The notes beneath the pieces are model-generated. The model did not search any database. It was not told the origin of the DNA and was given only the letters and a program-made list of their open reading frames with translations. This document shows positions 37,385 to 49,341 of a stretch of DNA of 64,000 nt, in pieces. Source of the DNA: Heteronotia binoei (Eukaryota); assembly GCF_032191835.1 (NCBI RefSeq), contig NC_083227.1, forward strand, positions 167,090,001-167,154,000. The letters are read 5' to 3'. Made by a program: the position numbers and the translations under genes. Every line of letters begins with the position of its first letter. Positions within the stretch are counted from its first letter, which is position 1.

Positions 37385-39856
37385 CACAGTGGTCATGAGA
37401 GATTTCAGTTACCTGGACATCTGTTGGAAGTCCAGCTCTGCTAAAAATGAAAGGTCAAATAATTTCCAGACTTGTCTTGCTGACAATTTCATTTTCCAGA
37501 AAGTGGAGAGGGAAACAAGGGGATCTGATACCTTGAGTCTCACCAATAGGGAAGAACTGGTTGATGAGGTGGGAATAGTGGGCACCCTGGGTTGACAATG
37601 TGATTTGGGAATTTACAGTCTTGGAGAAAGGAAAAACTACATAGACACATAGGTTGGACTTCAGGAAAGCAAATTTTGACAAACTTGGAGTGATGCTGGG
37701 TAAAATTCCATGGTCATAAATACTTAAGGGAGTTCAAGAGGGGTAGGAGTTTATTAAAAGTGAAATACTGAAGGCACAATCACAAACAATTCTTATGAGA
37801 AGGAAAACTGGGAGGAGCCTAAAGAAGTACAGGTGGAATGGAAAGAGGTCTTATAGTCAACGATGAATATAAACAACCAGTGCTTATAGAAAAAGTTAGG
37901 AAAACTAAAGCTCGGTATGAGCTTAGGCTAGCAAGAGATGCTAAAAACAAAAACAAAAAAGGGTTCTTATGTACAAAGTAAGAAAAAGAACAAGGGCATG
38001 GCAGCCCCATTACAAGGACAGGAAAGTGAAATTGTAACAGATGATGAAAGGGCAGAACTGCTCACTTCTTACTTTTCCTCAGTCTTCTCTTGTGAGAGAC
38101 AGTGCTCAACATGGCAAAAACAGAACATATGATGAGAGAAGAGAGTTGCAGCCTAAGATCAGCATAGGGACAGTACATAAATACCTAGTTTCTTTAAATG
38201 AAACTAAGTCCTCAGAGCCACATGAACTGCATCCAAGGATACTAAAAGAACTTGCAGATGTAATTTCTGAGCCTCTGTCCATTATTTTTAGCATTCTTGG
38301 AGAACAGGTGAGGTGCCAAAAGATTGGAGGTAGGCAAATATCCCCATCTTCAAGAAGGGGAAAAAGGAGGATCCAGCTGACTCATCAGCTTGATGTCTAT
38401 ACCTAGGAAAGTTTTAGAACAAATCATCAGTCAGCTCTGGAACAGTTAGAAAAGATGGCTGCGATTACTAAGAGCCAGCATGGGTTTCAAAAGAACAAGT
38501 CATGTCAGACTAACCTGATCTTTTTTTTTTTTAGAAAGTTACTGCCTTGCTGGATCAGGAAAGTGCTGATAGTTTATCTTGATTTCAGTAAAGCTTCTGA
38601 TAAGGTTCCACATACTGTTTTTGTTGACAAGTTGGTAAAATGTGGTTTGGATTCTGTTACTGTGAGGTGAATCTAACTGGTTGACAGATTGCACCCAAAA
38701 AAGTGCTTGTGAATGTTTCCTTATACTCTTGGAGTGACAAATGGAGTGCCTGAAGGATCTGACCTATGACCTGTTTTGTTAAACATCTTCATAAATGATT
38801 TGGATGAAGGAATAGAGGGAATGCTTACTATATTTGCAGATGATACTAAATTGGGAGGGGTTGCAAATACAGTAGAAGACAGAAACAGTTTACTGGATGG
38901 TCTTGACAGGCTGGAAAACTGGGCTAAAACCAATAAAATTACTTTTAACAGGGATAAATATAAAGTTCTGTAGGAAAAATCATAATTGGGGGGGGACTTG
39001 TCTTCTCAGTAGTATGTGCGAAAAGGATCTAAGGGTTTTAGTGGACCATACACTGATCATGGGTCAGCAGTGTGATGCGATGGCTAAAAAGGCAAATTCA
39101 ACTGGGCTGTATCAAAGTATAGTGTCCCAATCATGGGAAGTGCCTCAGGTAGAATATAGTGTTCAGTTTTGGCACTCCAATTTAAGGATACGGACAGGCT
39201 GGAACATGTTCAGAGGGCAGCAACAAACATGGTGAGGGATCTGGAGACCAAGTCCTATGAAGAAAGGCTGAAGGAGCTGGGTATGTTTAGCCTGGAGATA
39301 ATTTAACTGAGAGGTGATATGATCACCATCTTCAAGTGCTTGAAGGGCTGCCTTACAGAGTGCAGAATGGTTTTCTGTGGCCTCAGAAGGTCAGACCAGA
39401 ACCAATGGGTTGAGATTAAACCAAAAGAGTTTCCAGCTAAACATTAAGAAGAACTTCCCGACAGAGTGGTTCCTCAGTGGAACAGGCTTCCTCGGGAGGT
39501 GGTGGGCTCTCCTTCTTTGGAGGTTTTTAAACAGGCTATCTGGCCATTTGACAGCAATGCTGATTCTGTGAATTAGGCAGATCATGAGAAGGAGGGTGGG
39601 AAGGGTTGCATCGATGCTTAGTTCTTGTAGCCCTTTCTTACCCAGGGAAATGCTGATCGCCACTTTAGAGTTGGTTAGCAATTTTTCTCCAGGCCAGGAT
39701 TCTGGAGGTTTTTGCCATCTTCTGAGCATAGAGCAGGGGTCACTGGGAATGTATATGCGGGGGGGGGGGGGGAGAGGTATTTGTAAATTTCCTGCATTGT
39801 GCAGGGGTTGGACTAGATGGCCTTGGAGGTCCCTACCCACTCTTAATTCTATATTT
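37385..39856 (+). mobile_element. CR1 LINE, long degenerate fragment (second subfamily)
   Basis: GDFSYLDICW, QHGFQKNKSCQTNL, YLDFSKASDKVPH, FADDTKLGG remnants; 3' end GTTGGACTAGATGG...ATTCTAT. Confidence 0.9.
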
Positions 39857-41243
39857 TAGAGTAGTGAACTGAAGGTACTGCATCATTTCCCTTCTGGCAA
39901 CACTAAGCATGCAGCATGCCCCAAATGCGGTGCTTGCTGATGCGCTCTCTGGCACCTACTTAATGGTTCCCTAAAGCAAAGAGCCAATCTTGCCTTTCCT
40001 CCACTTCCCTAGAGCAGAAGGCATTTTAGAGAAGCCCAAGAGGCCTCACCTTGGTAACTAGCAAGCACTCATTTGGATATAGCTGTCTCTATCATAGCAG
40101 CGTGTTTGCGCTTGGCACTGCTAACATTTTTTGGAACCTCCGAACATTGTCGTGAGGTCCAGCCCTCATCTCAGCCATTTTATGATCACTCCTACTTCCG
40201 GCATGGCAGCCACTTTGTTGTAGTGCCTCTTGTTACCAAAATGCCAAAAGAGCCCACAGATTATACAAGACTAGGGATCCAAGATCTAGCACATTCAGGA
40301 TTCTCCACCCAAAGAATCCCCAGAAAGTGAGGTTTTCAAGGGAATATTTTCTGTACCCTACAGTCTTGGTATTCTGGCATCAGCTCCTTTGTTGTTCATA
40401 AGCTGAGATAAGAAAACAACACACTTAGTTTGGAGGGGACGGAGGTATGATCTACTCATTCTTCCCCGCCTCCCAAATATTTCCATGGCCAAATGACTAT
40501 GTGACAACACTTGCTATACAGCAAGCGAATCACTGCCAGCCAACATCCATTTTGTCCAAAATCCCATTTCTTACGGGGGCCAGCAATTGTTAATCTACTG
40601 CAAATCAGAAAATTCCTCCATCACAACTTGTTCCCTCCTGTCTTCCAAAGCAGAAATGTTATGTGTCTTTGGGGTGTTTTTTTTAACAACCAGTATTAGT
40701 ATCTAGATAGCAAACAATTCCAGAGATTAAATGTATGTAGATGGAGAAGAAAGCAAAAGAAAATTTTATTTCATTTTAAGTATGTTGGCTTTTGAGGAGA
40801 AAATAATGGCTCCCAGCTGGGGGAGAATAGATGCACAGCGGGGGAACAGAAGTTTAGACACATCCAAACGCTATGATAACTCTCCAGAAAAAAAAATCTC
40901 CATTTCAAAAAGCAAAAAGGCAAAGTTATCTAGATGTGACTTCCATAATCATAAACAGCCCAGTCTTCCTTGGAGCGGGAAAAACCCAATGGAATAAACT
41001 CATCTGGGTAATAATGTAACTCATCTCTGTGCTCCCCTTAGGAATCAGCTACTTTCTGCAGAAGTCCTCTTCCAGACTCCATCTGAGCTTACTGGTTAAG
41101 AGCACTGGTTCCCCACCTTTTCAAGTATAAGGAGAAATTTGCATCTCCCACACCCCACCCAATATTAGTTGCACTATCAGTATCTGTTGATTGAGAAAAT
41201 ATGTAATGACAAAAAGATCAAAATAACATTGTTTGGTACACCT

Positions 41244-41805
41244 GGGCCCTGTTCACACAGCGTGTTGAGTCCGTGTCAAACTGACCCGGTTCTGTTCCGA
41301 ATATCTTTGTTCCGGATATTATCAATCAGACTGCCATGCTGCAATTCGAATCACTCCGCGGTGAAACTGTCCTTTGCCGTCCACATGATGGCACCATGCA
41401 GTTCTTTTTTTCCTCCACTTTTATGTGCATTATGCGTATGTGTGCGTTATGCGCATAGGTTAAAACATTATGTGGTTATGCAGTTATGCGCATATCGCTA
41501 AGTAGTAAAAAAAATTGGCGACCATAAACCGGGTGTCTGAGGCTCCTTTTGTTCCGGGACACCCTTCAGACATCCAGAAGTTGGTCGAGAACTATCCAGA
41601 CGGGGAAACTACGAGGTGAAACCGGAGAATTAAAAACACCACAAAGGAGCAGGTAACAAAATACCCCAGTTCCGAGAAGGATTTGGGGGGGGGGGGGGCT
41701 ACTAAGAGTTAATACTGGGAGGTAGATGTTGCTGTCTGATCGGCCACTTTTAATCCGGTATGAAACAGCAGTGACAACTGATTATACTGTGCGTCTGAAC
41801 AGCCC
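41244..41805. mobile_element. PIF/Harbinger-type non-autonomous element
   Basis: Termini GG(G)CCCTGTTCACAC / GTCTGAACAGCCC; CpG-retaining interior with TTATGCG repeats. Confidence 0.6.
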
Positions 41806-42650
41806 CATGGATTTGCAGGCCCCTTGCACAAACTCTAGAGCTCCTCAGGGAACCCAGGCTGGGAACCACCAGCCTAGCATGACAGTCCTAGAAAATAAGA
41901 GATGGGCCATGCTATGGAGGAGTGGTTACTGGAAAGGAGGCACCACATTGCCTGAATGGACAAGTAGCCACAGTGGTTGGAAGACTGCAGTGGGGAGGGA
42001 GAAGGGGACAAACTGGCTTTCTTCTTCTTCAGTAGACACAGAAGTTTGCCCCATTCTTCCTCTTCGCTACAGTCTCTTGACCCTTGGTGGCTATTACTCC
42101 ATATGGGCCCGATGACCACAAGAATAAACTTCCCCAGTGTTGGAATAGAGCTGCTGGGGAGAGGGGAATGCAGGAAAAATCTACAGCCATTGCATCTGCA
42201 GATTACAGATTCTAAGCCATAGTTCCTGAGGTGAAAGAAGCCAAATCCAGAGGGCATTTGTGTTTGTACATGCAGAGATCATTCTTTCAGTCAGAACGGC
42301 CTCACACATTTCTCTAAAGGAGCATTTTGATCAACAACAACTGCTGCCCCCCCCCCATCTGACTTCCTGCTTTTTTTCATATTTCTTCTATAATTGGAGA
42401 ATCTTGCTATCTCCTCAATAAGTTCAGCCAGTCATCAATGCATCTTGAGAAGAAGACACTTGCTTCATTTAGGAAGTGGGATGCCATATAGCTTTAAGGG
42501 ATCTAAAATAAGTGGACAGGGCCTATACAGGTGCGTAGAACAACACGCTGCACACAAGCCAATGAAGTGTACAGCCTCTAGGCACTATTAGCAAATAACG
42601 GCAATGGAGCTAGCAGGGTAAATACAAGGCATGGCATGTGAAGAACATAC

Positions 42651-42820
42651 TCTTTAATTTTCTTTTCTGAGGGCTCCGAACCCGGATCAAAGATTCCTTT
42701 GGGAAGGTGTTGGATTAGCCCAATCCTCTGCGCAATACGGATCTGCTCCTCTTCCGTCAGTTGTGTGGCGAGACGCGCCTGGCTGGGCGTTGGATGATAC
42801 ACTGGAATCGGTGCATGTTC
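42651..42820 (-). CDS. RNF11-like exon 2
   Basis: TAG|EHAPIPVYHPTPSQARLATQLTEEEQIRIAQRIGLIQHLPKGIFDPGSEPSEKKIK(E)|GTATG, 170 nt. Matches the RNF11 central/UIM-like segment. Confidence 0.95.
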
Positions 42821-43400
42821 CTAGAAAGTCAAAAGACCAATCAGCTCTTTTAGCCAATCACACGCCGATGTACGCATACAGCGACCCTGTCAGCAACAGA
42901 TCCCTCTTCTTATTAGCCACTTTGACCTTTCGAAAGATTTGCAACTTGTGTAATATTTTTGCAAATGCGGAAGTACATATAATTACATAATCTTGAGCTC
43001 ACGCGTGCAAATTTAACATTTTGGTATATGGAGGGCTGAAAACGTCAGGTAAGAGCTGCTCTGCTGAACACCCATAAGGGTAAACTGGAATACTGCTACC
43101 TGTTTCAGACTCTCAGTTCAGGTTTTTTCAGAACATACACTCACTCAACAAGGGTGTAATTTGCAGGTGCAGAGAGTCTTAGAAGAAAAACGACCTTCCT
43201 GCATGAGCACTCAATAACAGGGCATTGGAGAAATGATTCATGCTGATAAAAAACCTGGTTCGTGACAGTTCTTGGTCTAAGGGCAATGCTGTGTATTGCC
43301 GCATGCAAACATCCTTGCCTCTGTGGCATGTGCGCCATGCGCGTCACTAGTACTGTGGCTCTGCAGCAATGTTATATTTGAATGTGTAGAAGATAAATGC

Positions 43401-43590
43401 AGGGCTCTTTTTTTGTGGAAAAAGCCCAGCAGGAACTCAATAGCATATTAAACCACATCCCCTGACGTCATCATTGTTTAACATAGGGCTTTTTCTACAG
43501 AAAAGCCTAGCGGGAATTCATTTGCATATTAGGCCACACCTCCTGACACCAAGCCAACTGGAACTGTGTTCCTGTGCGTTCCTGCTAAAA
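43401..43590. mobile_element. second copy of the ATTTGCAT-dimer MITE
   Basis: Co-linear with 11218-11415; starts CAGGGCTCTTTTTT. Confidence 0.6.
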
Positions 43591-44315
43591 AAAAAAGAAG
43601 CAATCCTGGATAAATGTATTTATTTACTTCATCTATACCCTGCCTTTCTCCCCACTGGGAACTCAAACGGACTTAAATAGCTATTTTCTCTTCCATTTTA
43701 TTTTCATAATAATCCTGTTGAGGCAGGTGAGGCTGGCTCAAGGTTACTCATCGAACTCCATGGCAAAGTGGGGATTTGAACCTAGGTCACCCAAATCCTA
43801 ATCTGACACTCTAACCACTATAGTGATAAAATCTTTGAGGAACCAATAAACTCCTCCTACCCAGGGATGCATCTAGATAGGGACAGTGAGCCAATAGTAG
43901 TATACTGTTAAGAGTGCGAAGATCACATCCCAGTTCCTTTCACACACTGGTGTGCCTTTGCTCCAGAGCCATGGCACTGTTTTAGCTAGCCATAAACTAC
44001 TCTGTACTGAAGTGTACATACCTCTATGGCATGTGGCAGTATAAAGTGCTGTCCCCAAAAGGTTTTTTTATTAGTATGAATAATTTCTCCTGTCCTTGGT
44101 TTCTCTCCCCTCGCCAAAGTAGTCTGTCCATGTTTGTTTCTTCTAAGACCTGCAGTATTTTCTGGGCACAGAATTTATTTTATTTCTTTATTTAGTAGGC
44201 TTATATCCTGCCTTTTCCCATAAATGGATTCAAGGCGGATCACAACATATAATAATAACAGTAAAAAAAAACCCCTACACGTCAAAGTTAAAACACCATA
44301 TTAAAATTAAACAGT

Positions 44316-45001
44316 TTAAGGCCAGGGTGAAAGCCGACCCTCTATGCTGGAGGGGGTGTGGGCTACCAGGCACATTTATCCACTGTTGGTGGGAGTGTCC
44401 GAAGATACACAAATTCTGGAAGTCTATCCTGGAAACGACATCAAAAATAATAGGGGTTAGTATCCCTTGCACACCCACAGTAGCCCTGTTAAACCTATGG
44501 CCGGATCAGAAGCCCCCGACCTTGAAACAGGAGCTAGCTGCATTGCTTTTCCTAGCAGGCAAAATAACTATAGCCTCATACTGGAAACAACCTGATAGCC
44601 CACCACTCCAGAACTGGTGCAAAAAGGTATGGGATATCTTGATACAGGATAAACTGACAACGGCTATCGCTATGCTAGACAATACCAAAGAGGGAGATTG
44701 GTTCCTACAAAAATGGTTTGACTTCCTTGAACACGTGAATAGCGCTGACGCTATGTTTGGGAAAATGCCGGCAAAATATGTGAACTTCACGATCTATTAA
44801 CACTGAATTGGACACAACCCATTGATCACTAACTCTGTTATATTTGCACTGTGTGAGAGACTTCTCTTTGCTGTAAAAGCTGTTTAACAACAATGAACGT
44901 GACGGCTCATGTAAGGTTAGGTCTTGGACCCCGTGTTGGGGTGTGTTGTAGTTGTTGAAATGTTATTTAAAATGTTAATAAAAATTTTAAATTTAAAAAA
45001 A
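44316..45001 (+). mobile_element. 5'-truncated L1 3' end
   Basis: ORF 44327-44800 is clearly homologous to the 48104-49341 ORF2 C-terminus (ADPLCW.GCG..GTF.HCWWECP). AATAAA + polyA; TSD AAAATTAAACAGT (44303-44315, 45002-45014). Confidence 0.88.
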
Positions 45002-45202
45002 AAAATTAAACAGTAAAAACAATAAATAAATGAAATAGAAGCCTATTTTATTCCACTCCCTTGCCTGAGAAACATTGTGCTGCCTCTCACATGCATATAG
45101 CTTGAAGCAGGTTCTGTGGTAACACGAAAGGACAAAACCATAAAAACCCAATCCTACTTCTTTCTTCATAGAAGAACAGCCAGCCAACTTTGAAAAAAGA
45201 TA

Positions 45203-45485
45203 AAGGTAAAGCTGGTTCTCTGTGCAAGCCCCAATGCATTACCAACCTGTGGGGTGATGTCACATCACAACATTTTCTTGGCAGACTTTTTACGGGGTGG
45301 TTTGCCATTGCCTTCCCCAGTCATCTACACTTTTCCCCCCAGCAAGCTGGGAACTCATTTTACAGACCTCGGAAGGATGGAAGCCTGAGTCAACCTTGGG
45401 CCGGCCACCTGAACCCAGCTTCTGCTGAGATTGAACTCAGGTTGTGAACAGAGTTTGGACTACAGTACTGCAGCTTACCACACTA
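45203..45485 (-). mobile_element. Sauria-type SINE
   Basis: Co-linear with the 19850 and 34126 copies. Confidence 0.8.
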
Positions 45486-45504
45486 CCTTCCTCTAATTGA
45501 CCAC

Positions 45505-45915
45505 CTGGCCCTGACATGGATAGCCAATGCTAGGCTATTCTTTTAAGCTCTTAGAAGCTAAGCAGAGTCAACCCTGGCTGGTAGTTGGATGGGAGACCTC
45601 CAAGGAATACCAGGGTCAATGGCAATCCACCCCTGAACATCTTTTGCCTTGAACATCATACAGGGTCACCATCAATGTTCTTTCTCAACTGAGTTAATGT
45701 GAGCTAGCTCACAGTTTTGTAGCCTCCAGCTCACACATCTTTGTCTTAGCTCAGGAAGGATGGCCCCACAGCAAGCTAATTTATGCAGTAGCCAAATCAC
45801 TTGCTCACTATTTTAATGTCAGTAGCTCACAAAGTAGAATTTTTGCTCACAGGATTCCACAGCTTAGCGGGAGTACTGGTCACCATAAGTCAGAAGTGAC
45901 TCGACGGCCAAAAAC
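45505..45915 (+). mobile_element. 5S rRNA-derived SINE with RTE-type tail, split by a MITE
   Basis: GAAGCTAAGCAG.GTC..CCCTGG..GTAGTTGGATGGGAGACC..CAAGGAATACCAGGG matches 5S internal promoter boxes A/IE/C. The tail GGTCACCATAAGTCAG..GTGACTCGACGG resumes after the MITE. Confidence 0.75.
45673..45878. mobile_element. hAT-type MITE inside the 5S-SINE
   Basis: 8 bp TSD GTCACCAT (45665-45672, 45879-45886); degenerate TIRs. Related to 17199-17373. Confidence 0.75.
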
Positions 45916-46563
45916 AAACAAACAAAATCTCATACTTGGATTTCCCTTCCTTCCTTCCTTCCTTCTCTAAAGTGACGTTTTATGCTGCAGGCAGGACATC
46001 TCATATTTTAAGCTGCTGTACGAAGCCTAGCAATTTGAAGTGCTAATGACTAAATGCAAGCAGCCCTACGCACGCAGCTGTTCCTCTACGAACAAGTCAG
46101 ACTCGATATTTTTCACACTGTGACGGAATGGAGATTTATTCTTTCTGTTTCTATTCCACTCTCCCCCACTATTGTGGGACTCAGAGCAGATTAGCGCATA
46201 TAATAAACAGTTTAAAATATAGTTTAAAACATACATCAAATTCAGGCATGTACAAGTAATCAGATGATATATAACGACATTATCACTATCCCAAGGGAAA
46301 TAAAAAAGGAGGGAGAAGAGGCATGAGGAACTATATACATAGGAACTACCTTGGATACACCTGTATGCTTGGCAATACATCTGTTTTTCTCAACCAATTT
46401 ATCCCTGTAATTCTTAAATGTCCTTCAAAGCAAGTAAACAGTCCTTAGTAGAAACTCAAACTTTAAATGTTGCCAAGTATGAAAATCTGCTATCGTCTTG
46501 TTTTTCTGTTGAGAGACACAGAGAGCCCGGTTGTTCCTCTTTGAAGTAATTCAATAGGTGTAG

Positions 46564-46624
46564 TAGCAGCAACACGAGTCCTAGGTTCAAATTCGTGTTT
46601 CCTTTACACTTCCTCTGGCCGCTA
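46564..46624 (-). ncRNA. second copy of the hammerhead-like motif, in the inverted pseudo-LTR
   Basis: Reverse complement of 51509-51569 with the same CAGAGGA core and one extra stem III mismatch. Confidence 0.6.
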
Positions 46625-47908
46625 TTTTTACACTCTGGAACTTAACATGCAAATAAACATGTAAATAAAATAAATATATAGAGTATGTTTTTACAGAAGT
46701 TAACCTTCCAACATTTTCAGTGCATGTAGTCGCACAGCATCTAACACCCCGTGCTTAGGCAACAGCTCACAGCCATATCTTATCAGTTTGCACAAACGGT
46801 TCTTGCCATAGAGCAATCCAAGCATGCGTTATACCGGCTATCCCAGCTGATGTCAATTACATTCTGATTCATGTGGTACAACTTAACAGTTATTACACAA
46901 ACATAAAAAAAATCTAAGGAAGCATTCAAACTTTTTCCTTATTTACCAAGTTTCCTTATTTACCACATTCCTATTTTGGAAACATGTCAATGTTTAATTA
47001 TTTGTTCTCTTTTAGTGAAGCTGATAAAGCGAGTATTTTGGCCACTATGTCCCCAATTATGGACACAGGTGGTAATACACAGGATGAGGAATGGAATAAA
47101 GTAACTATGTTAAATAAGAAAAAGATACGCATGCAGTTACTTGCTGCGTCTTTAATAGACTATTGTCGGGCTTCCAGGATTCCGTGGGGTCTTAGATTCC
47201 ACAAGGCACTGCCATGTTTTTAGACTCCAATGATTTTAAAAAACGATGGATAGCGATTGTTAACAAATATTCAACTGACTTCATGTTACTGATTATACAG
47301 AAGTCTCAAGAGGAAATTGTTAAAACAGATGAGGAGATAGAGGCTTTACAAAAAAAAGATAGAGGGAACGCTAGCCAAAGATACACTAGAATAGAAAATA
47401 GTAGACCTTCAGAGTATGTTAAAGGAATCTGTGTCTAAAATTAAGGAGGTGAAAATTAAGGAATGTAAACGTGATGCTAGGGATTATGAGAACTCAAAGG
47501 TTTACAGATGGTTTTCAATGGGAAATCAGTTCAATAGGAAAAGAGTCTCGTGGGCAGATCTCACGACACCTAATTCTGAAAATGAAATAGGTGATGTCAC
47601 TACAGTAACTTCAGGGGATGAGGGCATGTTCTACAGATTCAGGAGACCCATTGTGGACCGTAATTCTAAAAGGAAAATAGAGGAATCAAACAACTCCAAG
47701 GAACAGGCCAGGAAGGCAAAGAAGAAAACTTAGTTATTAATCTTTCTTTCAAAATGCTTACACAAAAGGAGCACCAGGTTTTTAATTTAGGCTTGGGCTT
47801 TGCTCCATTCGAGACTTATGATTCATTTCAGACCAGAATTGATTTTTACAAGTTCATGCATTCTTTAAAACTGAAATTTTGTTTGGTACTAGTGTAAGGG
47901 TCAATTTC

Positions 47909-49341
47909 TTTTTTTATAATTTAAATTTTATTGAAAAAAAAGGAATTTTTTACAAATAACATTCCCTATCATAGGGAATCACAACAAAAACTTTGTATGA
48001 ACCGTCACATCAGATATTTCTAGTTAGCATTTGGATACAAATACAACAAATGCTGTATAAATGCCAGTAAGTCATTAGGCCGAGGGTTACAGACAGTCAA
48101 AGGTTAATAAATCATAAAGTTCAAATATTTAGCCGGTAGTTTCCCAAATATGGTATCAGCACTATTCACGTACTCAAGGAAGTCAAACCATTTTTGTAAG
48201 AACCAGTCACCCGCCCTTACATTGTCTAGCAATATTATAGTTGTTGTCATCTTGTCATGGATTAGTACATCCCACACCTTGTTACACCAATTCTGGAGTG
48301 GGGGGCAATTAGGTTGTTTCCAATAAGTGGCTATAGTTATCTTACCAGCAAGTAAAAGTAATGCGACTAGTTCCTGCTTTAAGGTAGAAAGCTCCTGGTC
48401 AGGCCATAGATTTAATAGAACCACTGCGGGCGTAAATGGAATACTAACCCCTATTATTTTCGATATTATTTCCAGGATAGATTTCCAGAATTTATTTACC
48501 ATCGGACATTCCCACCAACAGTGGACGAATGTACCCAGTTGACCGCAACCTTTCCAACATAATGGATCAGCCTTTGCCTTGCCCTTAAAAAGTCTATGGG
48601 GAGTCGCATACCATCTTGCGAATATTTTATAATTTTGAAGTCGAAAATAAAGTGATTTGGATTTAAATAAAGGAGATAACCAGAGCTTACTCCATTGGTC
48701 GTCATTGATTGAAATTAGACAGTCTTTTTGCCAATTGTTTTGCTGGTTGGAGGAGCAGTTCCAAATATTTTGATTTAAAAGGGTATATAGCAAAGAAATA
48801 ACACCTTTAATAGAGGAGATGCCTTTTTTTATCAGTTTCTCAACCGGGTTTAGTGGTCTGTTGTGCATTACAATAGGTATTACTTGATGCAATGCATGGT
48901 GCACCTGAAGATACTGAAACCACGGAATAGAGGTCTTGATTTTATTTTCCAATTGAGGGTGAGAACACAATTTCCCATTGATTGTAATATCCGTGAGTTT
49001 AAAAATGTTATTCTCCCTCCAAATTCTAAATTGAGTCTTGTCTCTACCCGGGGGGAACCAAGATTGGCCTAGGAATGCCATAACTGGTGATGAAGCTGGA
49101 GAAATAACATTCCTCCATTGGTCCCAAAGCTGTAGGGTGAACTTCAGAAAAGGGTTTGAGATGGTATACTCTCTTCTGTCTGCTCTCGAGCACCAAATGA
49201 ACTCATGTAAGAGTAAGTTAGGTATGCTAGCCTTTTCAACTTGTACCCATGCCGGGTTAGAGTATGGGGAAGCATATAAAACAATAACTCTCAATTGTGC
49301 GGCCAAAAAGTATTTATCCACTAGTGGAACAGCCAGACCTC
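47909..49341 (-). mobile_element. 5'-truncated L1 retrotransposon nested in the Penelope ORF
   Basis: 16 bp TSD TGTAAGGGTCAATTTC (47893-47908, 49342-49357), AATAAA plus polyA tail. Uninterrupted ~410 aa ORF2 C-terminus (GLAVP..KYFLAAQL, CWKGC..GTFVHCWWEC) ending at 48104. Confidence 0.92.

Noticed and set aside
45540-45620. 5S rRNA gene
   Set aside because: Partial and diverged, fused to a retroposon tail; called as a SINE instead.
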